A stretch of 51,424 bases of DNA from positions 1 through 51,424 of IMG/VR virus record IMGVR_UViG_3300044878_000243; one strand, given 5' to 3'. This DNA comes from a virus. Its lineage: Duplodnaviria; Caudoviricetes. The notes beneath the pieces are model-generated. The model was not told the origin of the DNA, searched no databases, and was given only the letters and a program-made list of their open reading frames with translations. A program made the translations under genes and the position numbers. This document shows, in pieces, positions 38,191 through 47,883 of the stretch; the stretch's first letter is position 1, and the number at the start of each line of letters is the position of its first letter.

Positions 38191-40417
38191 TCGGCATTAC
38201 TCCAAGTTGCGATAGTTGGGCAACCATTCCCTGGATTTGCAGGAGAATCTGTTGTGTTTCAGCTTGAATCTTTTCAGCGCTAGCAGTCTTAACTTCCGAC
38301 TCTGCCTGCGACTTTTGTGCCTGCGCCTGCATTTGAGCCTGCTGAGCCTGACCCTGGGCCTCGGCGTCCTTGGCTTGCTGCTCTTGCTGCTCAGCCATTT
38401 TTGCTTTCAAAGCGTCTTCGTCTGGGATCAGGCCAGGCAGATCAAGCGACTCGGCAACCGAGCGAAGCAGGCGTGCGCGGCCTTCCATACCAATGATTTG
38501 CATGTCGAGGTCATTGGCCGTTCCAACCAGGAATTGCTGACGTGCCTGCTGGGTTTGGTCGCGGAGCAGTTGGGCCGTGGCGCCTTTGGGGATGACCTTG
38601 CAGTCGCCCTTGATGCTGACGTCGTCGCTGTATTTCATGTTGTGCAACCAGAGCGAGTAGATCACACGGCGGGTCACACCACGGTCGATGTGGCGTATGG
38701 CGTCTTTGATGCCTTTGTTGGCAGACTCAAAGAGCATGGACAAGCCGCCCATTGTGCTGCCGGCGCCGCCAGCCTGGGCATTACCGTAGGCATACCGTGG
38801 AATACCGGTTGCGTCGTCACTCCTGGACTCCCATTTGTCGTACACGCCCATGAGTTCGCCGGCGTTGGACTGTGGTTGAAAGAACTCCACGACAGGTCTG
38901 GTTGAGCCGGTGCCACTGCGGTCGGTCTGCACTTTCCAGCGCTTGTACGGATAGATTTCATTCGGGTTTTCATCACGAGCCAGGCGGTCTGTCGCCACAA
39001 CGAATTGCGGGCCGCTCGAGAAGGCCATGTTGTTGATCTGTGCGCGTGCAGTGGCGCAGCAAACGTCCTGGATGTCGGCCATCAGCTCGGGGATCGACAT
39101 ACCCCAAAATGAGCCTGGGATCAGCTGGAACGAGGCCTTATGGTACGGACGCGACCCCATAGGATTCTTGTTGATTACGCAACGAATCACGTGCTGACCG
39201 ATCAAGATGGCGTCGATTTCGTACTCGCCGAGCGGGTCGGTGATCTGCTCTGCACTCAAGCCCCACTGCAGCAACATCAGGCCCTGGGCGCCGCCCCAAT
39301 AATGGATGCCTTCAATGGTCTGGCCAGAGTTGTTGAGCCATTCGCTTTGTTTGTCCTCAAGCCTTGCACGCTCGTTGTCGCTGGCCAGCCAGTCGCGCAA
39401 GCCGCCCCGGCCATACGCCTCGAGCACTGCTTCAACAGCCTCGGTCTTGTATCCTGGCACACCTCGCAGGCGGTTCAGCGAAGCGCGGGTGTAGCGCTCC
39501 CTTTCCATGATGTACGAGCCGTTGTCGACGTCAGTGGCATCTGGAGATGGATAGATGTCGAATGGCGATACCCGGTCGAACATCGGCTTGATGGCCTCAA
39601 CCTCAGTTGGCTGCCAGCCATCTTGCCAGGCGAGTTCGGTGACCTTTTGCAACATCGGGCCACGGATAAACGCTGCCGGGAAGATGCAGAAGTCGTCGAT
39701 GAACTCTTCGAGGCACTCGTACCAGCCGCCTTCCGTCAATTGATCGTCAATTACCTTTTCGTGGCGATCTGCGACCTGGCGAGCCTTTTCCTGAACCAAA
39801 GCCCTGATCTTGGCAATCGCGGCCTCCTCGTCAATCTGAGTCGGGTTTGCAACCAAACTGCCATTGCCGGCAACAGGAAGCTGAGGTTGGCCAGGGGAAG
39901 GAATCTGCTGACCTTGTTGCGGATCGACACCTTCCTGAGGCTGAGCCTGGGCTGCTTGAGCCGCCTGCATCTTCTGGAACTTCTCGTCCTCCTCGGCCTG
40001 CATCTTCAGCACAAATGCCTGGACGAGCGCGGGTGGGATGTCGGCCACGGGCGTTGGGTCTAGGCCCCATGGGCGGCCAAGTGCTGGCATAAGAACATCA
40101 CGAATCCAGGCAGCGGCTGCGCGGGTTTTGGTCGTGGTGATCTTCGGGTAGATGGTGGTGCCACCCTCCTCCGCGATGGTGCGCAGTTTGTCGTCATCGT
40201 AGACGCCTTTGTGTCTGCGCTGGCAGTCCAGCAGCCGGCGTTCAATCGGCTCCTTGGCAACCTTGGCGTCACTGAAACACCGGCGAATGTGCGATGCCAG
40301 AGAGCTTTCGACGAGAGCAGTTTGCCTTGCAAGGTCGGATTCCTGGCGTGCTGCTTGATCCTCAGCGTGCAGGTCGCTAGCTGATTTGTATTGTAGTAGA
40401 CCCAGGCCCATTGCCAT
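38087..40417 (-). CDS. Portal protein
   Basis: 776 aa after terminase; RVSPFDIYP, GSFWG..I, ATGIP..G, Q/A-rich barrel. Confidence 0.85.
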   Translation of the reverse strand: MAMGLGLLQYKSASDLHAEDQAARQESDLARQTALVESSLASHIRRCFSDAKVAKEPIERRLLDCQRRHKGVYDDDKLRTIAEEGGTTIYPKITTTKTRAAAAWIRDVLMPALGRPWGLDPTPVADIPPALVQAFVLKMQAEEDEKFQKMQAAQAAQAQPQEGVDPQQGQQIPSPGQPQLPVAGNGSLVANPTQIDEEAAIAKIRALVQEKARQVADRHEKVIDDQLTEGGWYECLEEFIDDFCIFPAAFIRGPMLQKVTELAWQDGWQPTEVEAIKPMFDRVSPFDIYPSPDATDVDNGSYIMERERYTRASLNRLRGVPGYKTEAVEAVLEAYGRGGLRDWLASDNERARLEDKQSEWLNNSGQTIEGIHYWGGAQGLMLLQWGLSAEQITDPLGEYEIDAILIGQHVIRCVINKNPMGSRPYHKASFQLIPGSFWGMSIPELMADIQDVCCATARAQINNMAFSSGPQFVVATDRLARDENPNEIYPYKRWKVQTDRSGTGSTRPVVEFFQPQSNAGELMGVYDKWESRSDDATGIPRYAYGNAQAGGAGSTMGGLSMLFESANKGIKDAIRHIDRGVTRRVIYSLWLHNMKYSDDVSIKGDCKVIPKGATAQLLRDQTQQARQQFLVGTANDLDMQIIGMEGRARLLRSVAESLDLPGLIPDEDALKAKMAEQQEQQAKDAEAQGQAQQAQMQAQAQKSQAESEVKTASAEKIQAETQQILLQIQGMVAQLSQLGVMPNAGLNPGADQGLGAPGVQQQPGMAGIQEPAQQYA

Positions 40418-40771
40418 TTATTTGCTCCCAAACGCTTTAATCAGAGATGACGCTTGCTGGTGTACGCCGTTACGACGTTCCATGGCGCTGTGTCGGATGC
40501 CGTTGAGATTGGTCAGCAAGTCGCGCATGTAGCCGATTGGGTCTGCAGCGAATTCTGACAATTTAACGACAATGGTGACGCCCATGTTTTCCTGGAGCTC
40601 GAATTTGAACTGGACGGCAGGGATGTCTTTGATGCCCTCGGAGACATTGACGAAGTCGATCTGCACAGGGCCAACGTCGTTGCGGATTCCCAGCGCTGGA
40701 TAAGCGATCTCGCGCAGTTTGGTTGCGATGAATACGGCAATTTGCTTTGGATTTACAGTAATAGTTGTCAC
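40418..40771 (-). CDS. Hypothetical protein
   Basis: GTGA-coupled to the terminase stop. Confidence 0.65.
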   Translation of the reverse strand: MTTITVNPKQIAVFIATKLREIAYPALGIRNDVGPVQIDFVNVSEGIKDIPAVQFKFELQENMGVTIVVKLSEFAADPIGYMRDLLTNLNGIRHSAMERRNGVHQQASSLIKAFGSK

Positions 40772-42420
40772 GTATGTGCGCCCCAACGGCCTCTGCCGCG
40801 TTGTGTATTTTGCTGTTTGGTGTTTGGTGCAAACGAATTATTCAGTTCGAAAAGACCACTTCTTGCCAGGGTTTCGAACCCTTTTACACCGTGGGATGCC
40901 CAGTCATGACGTGGGGTGTCCTTAAACACGCCAAGTTTCTCGTCCCATTCTTTACGATAGCTATCGAGACAATCAACCAGTCTGTCGACCGTTACGATCT
41001 TTCCTACACCCGGAACTGGTGGAGCCTTAACCTCTGCAAAGTAGCACTTCGGAAGGAATTGCCTGACCGCCTCGATACCTTCCGCAAGCTTGCTAATGCG
41101 CGGAACGAGTTCAAATTTGATCCCAAAAGTCGCCGCAGTGTCGAATCGAGACATGCCAGTACCCAACTCTCTAACAGCCAAGTCGTGTGGGCCATAGTGA
41201 GCCCCGTATACGTATTTCTTTTCACTAAGCTTCTCGGCGTAGTGCGCAAGGCCATATCCGGATGCCTCGTAATAATCGATGACATGAACTTCTCGACCAA
41301 CGATCTGAGCAAAGACGATGGACGTGGCGTCTGACATTCCCAAATCCCAACCGGTGATGACTGGGAGTGCAGGGTTGTATTTCACCTTTGGAGTGATTCG
41401 TCCATTCTCGCGGAGCCAGGTCATCTCGGTGGCGTAGTAGGCCCCCTCGATGTTTTGCTCAAACGCTTCTTCAGGCGTAGTCGGGTATTCCCGCTTCATG
41501 TCGTCGCCAAGCGTCTTGTCTTTCATGGCGTACCAGGCCTGTTGCTCCTTTGTAAGATCAACGCCCCACTTGGCTTTTACCTGACGGAAATATTCGTGCA
41601 GACGGCTTGGGATTTCGACTTCAGCGGCATCCAGGCGGTAGCTTGGCTCTTCGTACCAAGGGAAAAAGTGAAACTTCCACTCCATCTCGGATGGCGCCTT
41701 GCCCATCTCCTTCATCTTTTTGGCGTCGTCACAGTATGTGAAAAAGTACCCTTCTCGACCCTCTGCAGTTGACTCCAAAGTCACTTGGCCGCCGAGGCCA
41801 ACTGCTTCAAACGCACCAGTTACAATCTCTTTCGCCTTTTCCGGGTACTTCTTGCAGATCTTCCCAAATTCGGAAACATGGAGGCGCTGAAGTGTGCCAC
41901 CACGGTAACTTGTGGACACGCGGATTGACGATCCGTTGTCAAACACATAGCTGTCACCCTTGTCGTTCGCAGGGATCGGCATTCTCAGGCCAATCTCCAT
42001 GAAGATCGCCTGCCACTGAGCACTTTGACGCAGTTGATCGTAAGCGAACTTGACTTTATTCCTGAAAATATCCTGGGCGTCAACTAAGGTGTGGGCAATA
42101 CAACCAGCCGAGAAGTTTGGTGTCCAAAGGACGTCGTCTAAGGCGTCAATCATCTCAAAGGTCGTGAAGCCAAGTTGTCTCGCCTTCAAGATTATATCTC
42201 GATTATGGCGATCAACAAATCGCTGACGCTGCTGAATATTCGGCTTAAATGTCTTGACCAGGCCCTCTTTGATCTTGATTTTGTATAAGGCATTCAAGCG
42301 ATACCACTTGTTGCCGAGTGCCCGGATCAAGTCTGCACGCGCAGTGAGTTTCCTGGCTTTATGCAAGGCCAGGTAGGCTTCTCCTTCTTTGAGGATCTGG
42401 TAGCGCGTCTTATCGGTCAC
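40768..42420 (-). CDS. terL: Terminase large subunit
   Basis: ILKARQLGFTT, LHVSE, ESTAEG, WDLG..D, HDWASH. Confidence 0.95.
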   Translation of the reverse strand: MTDKTRYQILKEGEAYLALHKARKLTARADLIRALGNKWYRLNALYKIKIKEGLVKTFKPNIQQRQRFVDRHNRDIILKARQLGFTTFEMIDALDDVLWTPNFSAGCIAHTLVDAQDIFRNKVKFAYDQLRQSAQWQAIFMEIGLRMPIPANDKGDSYVFDNGSSIRVSTSYRGGTLQRLHVSEFGKICKKYPEKAKEIVTGAFEAVGLGGQVTLESTAEGREGYFFTYCDDAKKMKEMGKAPSEMEWKFHFFPWYEEPSYRLDAAEVEIPSRLHEYFRQVKAKWGVDLTKEQQAWYAMKDKTLGDDMKREYPTTPEEAFEQNIEGAYYATEMTWLRENGRITPKVKYNPALPVITGWDLGMSDATSIVFAQIVGREVHVIDYYEASGYGLAHYAEKLSEKKYVYGAHYGPHDLAVRELGTGMSRFDTAATFGIKFELVPRISKLAEGIEAVRQFLPKCYFAEVKAPPVPGVGKIVTVDRLVDCLDSYRKEWDEKLGVFKDTPRHDWASHGVKGFETLARSGLFELNNSFAPNTKQQNTQRGRGRWGAHT

Positions 42421-42935
42421 TCTTCGTCGACCTCGGCCATCAAGTCCGCCAATGAACGGCCTGCTTCTGACTTGTTCTCGGCGTCCATGTTGTAGGCCTG
42501 GCGCTCACCCTTAATAACCTTGAGAGTTGCGTCAATACCTGCGTTAAGCGACTTCGAATAGTCGCTGTGGTTATCTTCGTCGACGTCGATCAGCGCCAGG
42601 GCGTCGTGCAACTTTGTAGACAAAGTCCTCCACTGCCGCAAAGCCTTACGGTGGTTCATGACAATTGACGCGGCTTCTTCAGCGGCGTCTTCGATGATCT
42701 CGGCTTCGGTCTTGTCCTTGCCGGCCAGGGTCACTGGAGTGCCATTGAGCTTCGAGTTGGTCGACTGGCGCACCTGCTCGGTGAGGTCGCGGTTGATGCC
42801 GTGACGCTTGCAATGATTCCGAATCGCGGTGTCACTGATGCCGTGGCGCTCAGCGATAGTGCGGATGGACAAAGACCCGGCGCGGTACTCAGCCTCGATC
42901 TTTTCCCAGTCCGGTTTTGGGTATACGAGTGTCAT
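42417..42935 (-). CDS. terS: Terminase small subunit
   Basis: PDWEKIEAEYRAGSLSIRTIAERHGISDTAIR HTH; directly upstream of terL. Confidence 0.8.
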   Translation of the reverse strand: MTLVYPKPDWEKIEAEYRAGSLSIRTIAERHGISDTAIRNHCKRHGINRDLTEQVRQSTNSKLNGTPVTLAGKDKTEAEIIEDAAEEAASIVMNHRKALRQWRTLSTKLHDALALIDVDEDNHSDYSKSLNAGIDATLKVIKGERQAYNMDAENKSEAGRSLADLMAEVDEE

Positions 42936-43381
42936 TTGGCCTCCTTCGGCTTCATCAGGCAAACCTGCGTTACATAGGCCTGCAGTCCAGCCAGCTGAGA
43001 TTCTTTCTCGATTATTGAGGCTCTGAGATCGTGATAATCCTGTCGAGCTGATTCAGCGAGCTCGGCGTCTCCACCATCAGCCAGGCGGGGGGCTGAGGTG
43101 GGGTTTGACACAGAGGGGCATGTTGCTTTGATGCGCAGCCGCTTGCTACCAGAGGCAACAGCATCGCGAAGAGTGTCGTTTTCCAGCCGCGCATGAAGGA
43201 GATCCTTTGCATATTGAGAGTCAATGGCATCACGGGCATCCATCGCCTGGGCAACCTGAGCAGCCTTGGCTTCGTAGTCAAAAACCTTTGCTACCAAATC
43301 AGCCCTCTCAGAGCGGAGGTTGTCCAGGTAAGGAATCATCAGGGCCACAGCAAGGGCCAAGGCAATTGTCAGATATTTCAT
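42932..43381 (-). CDS. rz: i-spanin (Rz)
   Basis: N-terminal TM, coiled coil, SG.KRLRIKATC, LQAYV. Confidence 0.88.
   Translation of the reverse strand: MKYLTIALALAVALMIPYLDNLRSERADLVAKVFDYEAKAAQVAQAMDARDAIDSQYAKDLLHARLENDTLRDAVASGSKRLRIKATCPSVSNPTSAPRLADGGDAELAESARQDYHDLRASIIEKESQLAGLQAYVTQVCLMKPKEAK
43012..43194 (-). CDS. rz1: o-spanin (Rz1) embedded in Rz
   Basis: Lipobox VASGC, PPQPPAWLM, AAGGA RBS. Confidence 0.85.
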   Translation of the reverse strand: MRGWKTTLFAMLLPLVASGCASKQHAPLCQTPPQPPAWLMVETPSSLNQLDRIITISEPQ

Positions 43382-43941
43382 GCCTTGAGCTCCAAGTCAT
43401 GGCGTGCGCCACCTGCCCGACGACGCCCAAGCGTGCGGTCATCGTCATTGAAGGCGATCTTCTTGGGAGCAGGATTGAGACCTTGCTCACACAATGCGCG
43501 CTCTTTAGCACGACGCTTGACGAGACCCGAGAAGATGCGATCACCGGCATACACCCAGCGGCTCAGCTGAGCGCAGGCACCCTTGAAATCCCTGGCATTC
43601 AGCATCTTCAGCATCGTAGAACTGGAGAAGTTGCCGACCCCAGCGTTGTATGTGAACGAAGTCATGGCGGCCTCGATATGAGGATCCAATTCGACTTTGA
43701 GTACGGATCGAACGCCCTTGTTTGCTATCAAAAGATCTCCCCTGAGGAGTAGTTCGCAACGCTCAACAGTGCTGACTCGACCAACGATTGCGCCCGCTGT
43801 GTGGCCGTAGCACTCAGTCGGGATTCTTATCGGGTCGTAGTAGCCGGTGAGTGCCAGGCCCTCGGATTCCTTGACGACTGGCTCTGCAAGGGTGATGGCA
43901 GCGATAATGGCGAGAGTGGTGGCTTTAGTCCGGTTGTCCAT
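43378..43941 (-). CDS. GH24 lysozyme (likely SAR endolysin)
   Basis: E-x8-D-x5-T triad (EGLALTGYYDPIRIPT), CYGHT, hydrophobic N-terminus. Confidence 0.92.
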   Translation of the reverse strand: MDNRTKATTLAIIAAITLAEPVVKESEGLALTGYYDPIRIPTECYGHTAGAIVGRVSTVERCELLLRGDLLIANKGVRSVLKVELDPHIEAAMTSFTYNAGVGNFSSSTMLKMLNARDFKGACAQLSRWVYAGDRIFSGLVKRRAKERALCEQGLNPAPKKIAFNDDDRTLGRRRAGGARHDLELKA

Positions 43942-44176
43942 TCTCGGACTCCCTCAATGCAGCAGCCACCTGGGCAGCGGCGACCTTGGCTTCACGGCGG
44001 TCTTTGCGCCAGATGAAGTAAGCCTGAAATACGATGTAGATGATCGTGGCAATTGGCACAAGATCAGTGGTGGTGAGGCCAGAGATGACCGCACCGGTTG
44101 CAACAACAGGAGGCGCCGAGCGCACGAATTCCACCAGCGAATTTGCATTGTCTTGAATGTAACTGGCGATGGACAC
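43925..44176 (-). CDS. Holin (T7 gp17.5-like class II)
   Basis: GTG start after AAGGA; APPVV...ATIIYIVFQ TM segments; basic tail. Confidence 0.75.
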   Translation of the reverse strand: MSIASYIQDNANSLVEFVRSAPPVVATGAVISGLTTTDLVPIATIIYIVFQAYFIWRKDRREAKVAAAQVAAALRESENGQPD

Positions 44177-44340
44177 GTCGGCGATTCCTTGAAAAAGGTG
44201 CCAGGACTGAACCCGGCGTGTGTGACCCACGTCTCACGACGTTGGTGCGTCTACGTCTCACGACGTTGTTTAGATTCGGTGGCCATTGCCCAAGGCCAAA
44301 GGCATTAGCAAAGCTACAAGGGTGGCCACCGAAAACTCAT

Positions 44341-44429
44341 AAAAAAACCCCGCCGAAGCGAGGTTCCTTTGTTCTGAGCGGTAAAACCGCAATATGACTT
44401 AATATATCTATTTCATGGCGACACGTCAA
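44341..44429 (-). promoter_or_regulatory. pR'-like late promoter with immediate terminator
   Basis: TTGACG-N17-TATATT (44401-44429), then hairpin CCTCGC-TTCG-GCGGGG plus U-tract (44341-44364). Confidence 0.7.
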
Positions 44430-44436
44430 TACACGA

Positions 44437-44823
44437 TTATTTCATTGATCTCAAAATCGTGGCTTCATTGATTCCGTCGTTAATGGACAGAACAATAGAT
44501 GCATAATCAGTATCGTCCAATTTCAGGCCGTCGTGAGGGTACTTCCGGATGTGCTCGATAGCACGCTCCATTGTCTTGAGCTCGGCATAGAGGCCAATGG
44601 TGACGGAGACCATTTCACGAGGATCTCGGCCAGGCACATCCTTAGCCTTTGTCATCTCGTAAGCGCGATCAATATTGAATGCAAACGATGTCTGTTGCGA
44701 TATCGCTCGGATGACAGCCTGGGCATCAAGGGCCTTTTGCATGTCGCCAAAGGAGAGATATGCAGGCTTTTCATTTTGATTGATGACGATATTGAAGGCG
44801 GTGTTTCTGAAGAACTCGAGCAT
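44437..44823 (-). CDS. Hypothetical protein
   Basis: ATG after AAGGG. Confidence 0.7.
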   Translation of the reverse strand: MLEFFRNTAFNIVINQNEKPAYLSFGDMQKALDAQAVIRAISQQTSFAFNIDRAYEMTKAKDVPGRDPREMVSVTIGLYAELKTMERAIEHIRKYPHDGLKLDDTDYASIVLSINDGINEATILRSMK

Positions 44824-44833
44824 ATCAATACCC

Positions 44834-45085
44834 TTAAGCAGGACATTCCTGTCTGGAAAGCACATTCATCTTATCAATGAACAGCCAATCGATTTCTTTG
44901 GCGATGTCGTCAATTGTGACGCCGCCGATGTCGTCGGCAAACTCTGGGCTTGCTTGCATGAGGTCGACGATGCGGCCAACGGTAGCGGTCTGAACGGCGG
45001 CCTTGGCTTGGGCCAGGGTAATGTCGGACTGAGTGCAGATGGTGTCGATTTCTTCACGGATCGCGGTGCGAACGTCTTTGTGCAT
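44834..45085 (-). CDS. Hypothetical protein
   Basis: Packed in the operon. Confidence 0.6.
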   Translation of the reverse strand: MHKDVRTAIREEIDTICTQSDITLAQAKAAVQTATVGRIVDLMQASPEFADDIGGVTIDDIAKEIDWLFIDKMNVLSRQECPA

Positions 45086-45097
45086 GACAATTTCCAA

Positions 45098-45421
45098 TTA
45101 ATATTTGATATCAGTCAATTCGATGTACGCGGCGTCGTAAGCATCACGCGCATTGCGAAACGCCGGGAACGGATAGGCTGATGGGTTTGCGATGATCTCA
45201 AGCTTAAGCGCCTCAAGACGACTCATCTCGGCCAGCAACTCACGGGCTCTGGTAACGATCTCGCTCTCACGATCCGAGATGATGCCCGTGGCGTCTGGGA
45301 GCAAAGCCCCGAGGTAAGCATGGGCTTCGCGGACGCCGTGCGAGGCTTTTAGTGCAGTAATAGCAGAACCGTCTGATAGATTGTCCCAAATGCAGACGTT
45401 TGGCAAACTGTCAATACTCAT
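45098..45421 (-). CDS. Hypothetical protein
   Basis: ATGA-coupled to the upstream gene. Confidence 0.7.
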   Translation of the reverse strand: MSIDSLPNVCIWDNLSDGSAITALKASHGVREAHAYLGALLPDATGIISDRESEIVTRARELLAEMSRLEALKLEIIANPSAYPFPAFRNARDAYDAAYIELTDIKY

Positions 45422-45870
45422 AGAATCCCATTGGAAAGATCGAACATTTTCAGCATCGCGGCGCCGGCTTCGTCCTGCACTGCAAGACGCTCAACATCGC
45501 TGTATTTGCTGGCATTATATCGCATATCTTCGAGTCGTCTATCGACTTCGGCCATCTCAAAAAACACGTCTTTTGCCTTGGATTCGAACACCAGGAAGCC
45601 TTGCAAAGCTACCCGGCGCCACTGGACAGCTTTTGGAAGCAAAGCGATGCATTTGGCGGCAAAATCTTTGTCATCAAAATAGTCGATGAACTCAGCGCGG
45701 ATCTGCTCGGCCTCACGCTTCTGCAACGGATCTTTGCCAAGGAGTGGCCTGCCACCCAGGGTAGCGGCCTTGGCCTTGAAGCCAATCACAGGGTCTTGTG
45801 CTTGCGAATCCATCGTCACCCCAAAGGTCAGAGCAGGCCCGAGTATTTCTCTTGCCTTGGAATATAACAT
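45418..45870 (-). CDS. Hypothetical protein
   Basis: AAGGA RBS; promoter TTGCAC-N17-TAATAT at 45897-45925. Confidence 0.75.
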   Translation of the reverse strand: MLYSKAREILGPALTFGVTMDSQAQDPVIGFKAKAATLGGRPLLGKDPLQKREAEQIRAEFIDYFDDKDFAAKCIALLPKAVQWRRVALQGFLVFESKAKDVFFEMAEVDRRLEDMRYNASKYSDVERLAVQDEAGAAMLKMFDLSNGIL

Positions 45871-45943
45871 GACTGGTTCCTTGGCGTTGATGACCGATAT
45901 TACACTCTGACTTTCGGGTGTGCAACAATTTATGCTAATTTAC

Positions 45944-46372
45944 TCAATCATCCCGAAGCTCTGATCGACGAATCCAGTCGCAGCCGGTGTATATGATTAT
46001 GTCGTCTTCGTCGACCCTGACGCAGTTGTCTATTGCCTGGCCGAAAAATATGTTTGTACCCAAACCGGCTTTGGCATATTCGTAAAACATGTCGCCATCC
46101 GAGGACTTGACTGTATTCATGGAGATCTGTTTGCCAAGGATGCTGGAAACGGTATGGAAACCGTATTCTGTTACGAATTGGCTTGTAAGGAAGGCGATGA
46201 AGGCGTGGGCCCTGGTGCTCCTGGCATATATCTCACGGTTGTCCGCAAAAGAGTATATGCCGGTGCATGGCTCGAGTTGGATGGCTTTGATGTCTGGGAT
46301 GATCTCACCTAGAGCGTAACCTTCGGCCACTGCATTTTTGAGGATTTCGGTAATCTGTTGATATGCGTTCAT
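45944..46372 (-). CDS. Hypothetical protein
   Basis: 142 aa, AGGAAA RBS, own AT-rich upstream region. Confidence 0.75.
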   Translation of the reverse strand: MNAYQQITEILKNAVAEGYALGEIIPDIKAIQLEPCTGIYSFADNREIYARSTRAHAFIAFLTSQFVTEYGFHTVSSILGKQISMNTVKSSDGDMFYEYAKAGLGTNIFFGQAIDNCVRVDEDDIIIYTGCDWIRRSELRDD

Positions 46373-46540
46373 TTGTGCTTTCCTATTATTGTTCTTATTG
46401 CTTTAGTTTGTATTATCACAAATGAGAAAAGCCTGCGTCAACAGGCTTTCAGTTAATATAAGAAATATATTTAAGTCTATTTCGAGAACATTATGTGCGA
46501 ACATTTTTATTCGCTCAGGATATTCTTATTACTTGATGAG

Positions 46541-47023
46541 TTATAAAAGACGCGTATAAACCCTACATGTGAATTGTGGGTCGCGCTTAATGATATCAGT
46601 TGCGAATCGTTCTCGGATGTATTTGAAGAATGATGGGGCCATCTTTACCGAGGCCGGGCCGTCATAATCAACTGCACTCAGGATGGCAGAGTCGGCAACC
46701 TTGATGGCTTCCTTGAAAAGCTGTTTGCCGCCAATAACAAAGATGCCGGTGAAGTCCTTGTAGGCCGCCAAGGCTGCGTCCAGTGATTTGTGGACGTCGG
46801 CACCATCGAACTGGGCCTTGGGCTTGGATGAGATCACGACGTTCGTGCGCCCTGGCAGAGGCCCCCTCAGCGACTCCCAGGTCTTGCGACCCATGATTAC
46901 AACTGCCCCCTGGGTAACCTGCTTGAAAAGCCTCAGCTCCTCAGGGATGCGCCACGGCAGAGCGCCTTTGAGGCCGATTTGGCCGCGAGTACCATGTGCA
47001 GCGATGACGCAGATATTGTTCAT
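46541..47023 (-). CDS. dfr: Dihydrofolate reductase
   Basis: IG..G.LPW.IPEE...FK, VIMGRKTWESL.GPLPGR.N.V, FVIGG. Confidence 0.93.
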   Translation of the reverse strand: MNNICVIAAHGTRGQIGLKGALPWRIPEELRLFKQVTQGAVVIMGRKTWESLRGPLPGRTNVVISSKPKAQFDGADVHKSLDAALAAYKDFTGIFVIGGKQLFKEAIKVADSAILSAVDYDGPASVKMAPSFFKYIRERFATDIIKRDPQFTCRVYTRLL

Positions 47024-47149
47024 GTCAAGCCTAAAGCCAGAGGTTGGACAGGGAAAGGAGTTGGTGATGCTTCCTTTCTGGAGGCTTGTCAATTTACACG
47101 AAAACACTGGTGAATGGCAGGGCGTGAAAAAGGCCCCGCAGGGCCTGGT

Positions 47150-47455
47150 TTATTCGCTGAGTGTGACCCTGATGTTATCGTCTCCCCAGATCCGGAGAAC
47201 ATCGAAAGCCAACTCCTTGGCCTCACCCAGGAAGCGAAGCTGTTCGTCGGTAAGGGCCTTGCCGCTGTCCATGATGTAAGCCACAACGTGAATCAGGGAC
47301 TTGGGGCCAAACGCAATCCTCGAGGTTACCGGCAAGTCACCGGGAGGAAAATACTCACGAAAGACAGAATGCAGAACCTGCTTGTCAAAGCCATCAGCAT
47401 TGATGTGGTTGCCGTGAATGGTTTTGTGGGTGATCGAGATCTTTGTGTACATCAT
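47150..47455 (-). CDS. Hypothetical protein
   Basis: AAGGA RBS; terminator at 47128-47148. Confidence 0.65.
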   Translation of the reverse strand: MMYTKISITHKTIHGNHINADGFDKQVLHSVFREYFPPGDLPVTSRIAFGPKSLIHVVAYIMDSGKALTDEQLRFLGEAKELAFDVLRIWGDDNIRVTLSE

Positions 47456-47505
47456 GGTTCCTTCGTTGGAGAGGCCCCTCGTGAGGCCCATGGGTGCTTG
47501 TGTTA

Positions 47506-47883
47506 TTAGATCGACATCATGAGGTCGTCATAGTCTACAGACTTGAAGCTAGAGTCCAGAAGATCGTCTATTTCGCCCTGACTGAGTTCATCGCCATCCT
47601 CGTCAACAACAATGAATCCATCGAGCGTATACGGACTATCAAGACCATGACTTGTTGCTATAAATGAATTCTTGTCGCCCTCGTTGTATTGGTAGCCTTC
47701 CTCGTAGGTGACCTTCATTTCACCCAGGATTGACTCGACTCGGCCACCACCGCAATTGATCTTGATGTCATCACCGCGTGAATTTTCAAGGATGTGACTT
47801 TCGAGGTGCTCATAAGAGCTGGTGTGGTGCCATTCAAATGATTCAACCATGATTTTGAATGATTCAATTGTGAAGGTTTTCAT
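47506..47883 (-). CDS. Acidic hypothetical protein (paralog family A)
   Basis: 125 aa, very D/E-rich; similar to 48539-48883. Confidence 0.75.
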   Translation of the reverse strand: MKTFTIESFKIMVESFEWHHTSSYEHLESHILENSRGDDIKINCGGGRVESILGEMKVTYEEGYQYNEGDKNSFIATSHGLDSPYTLDGFIVVDEDGDELSQGEIDDLLDSSFKSVDYDDLMMSI

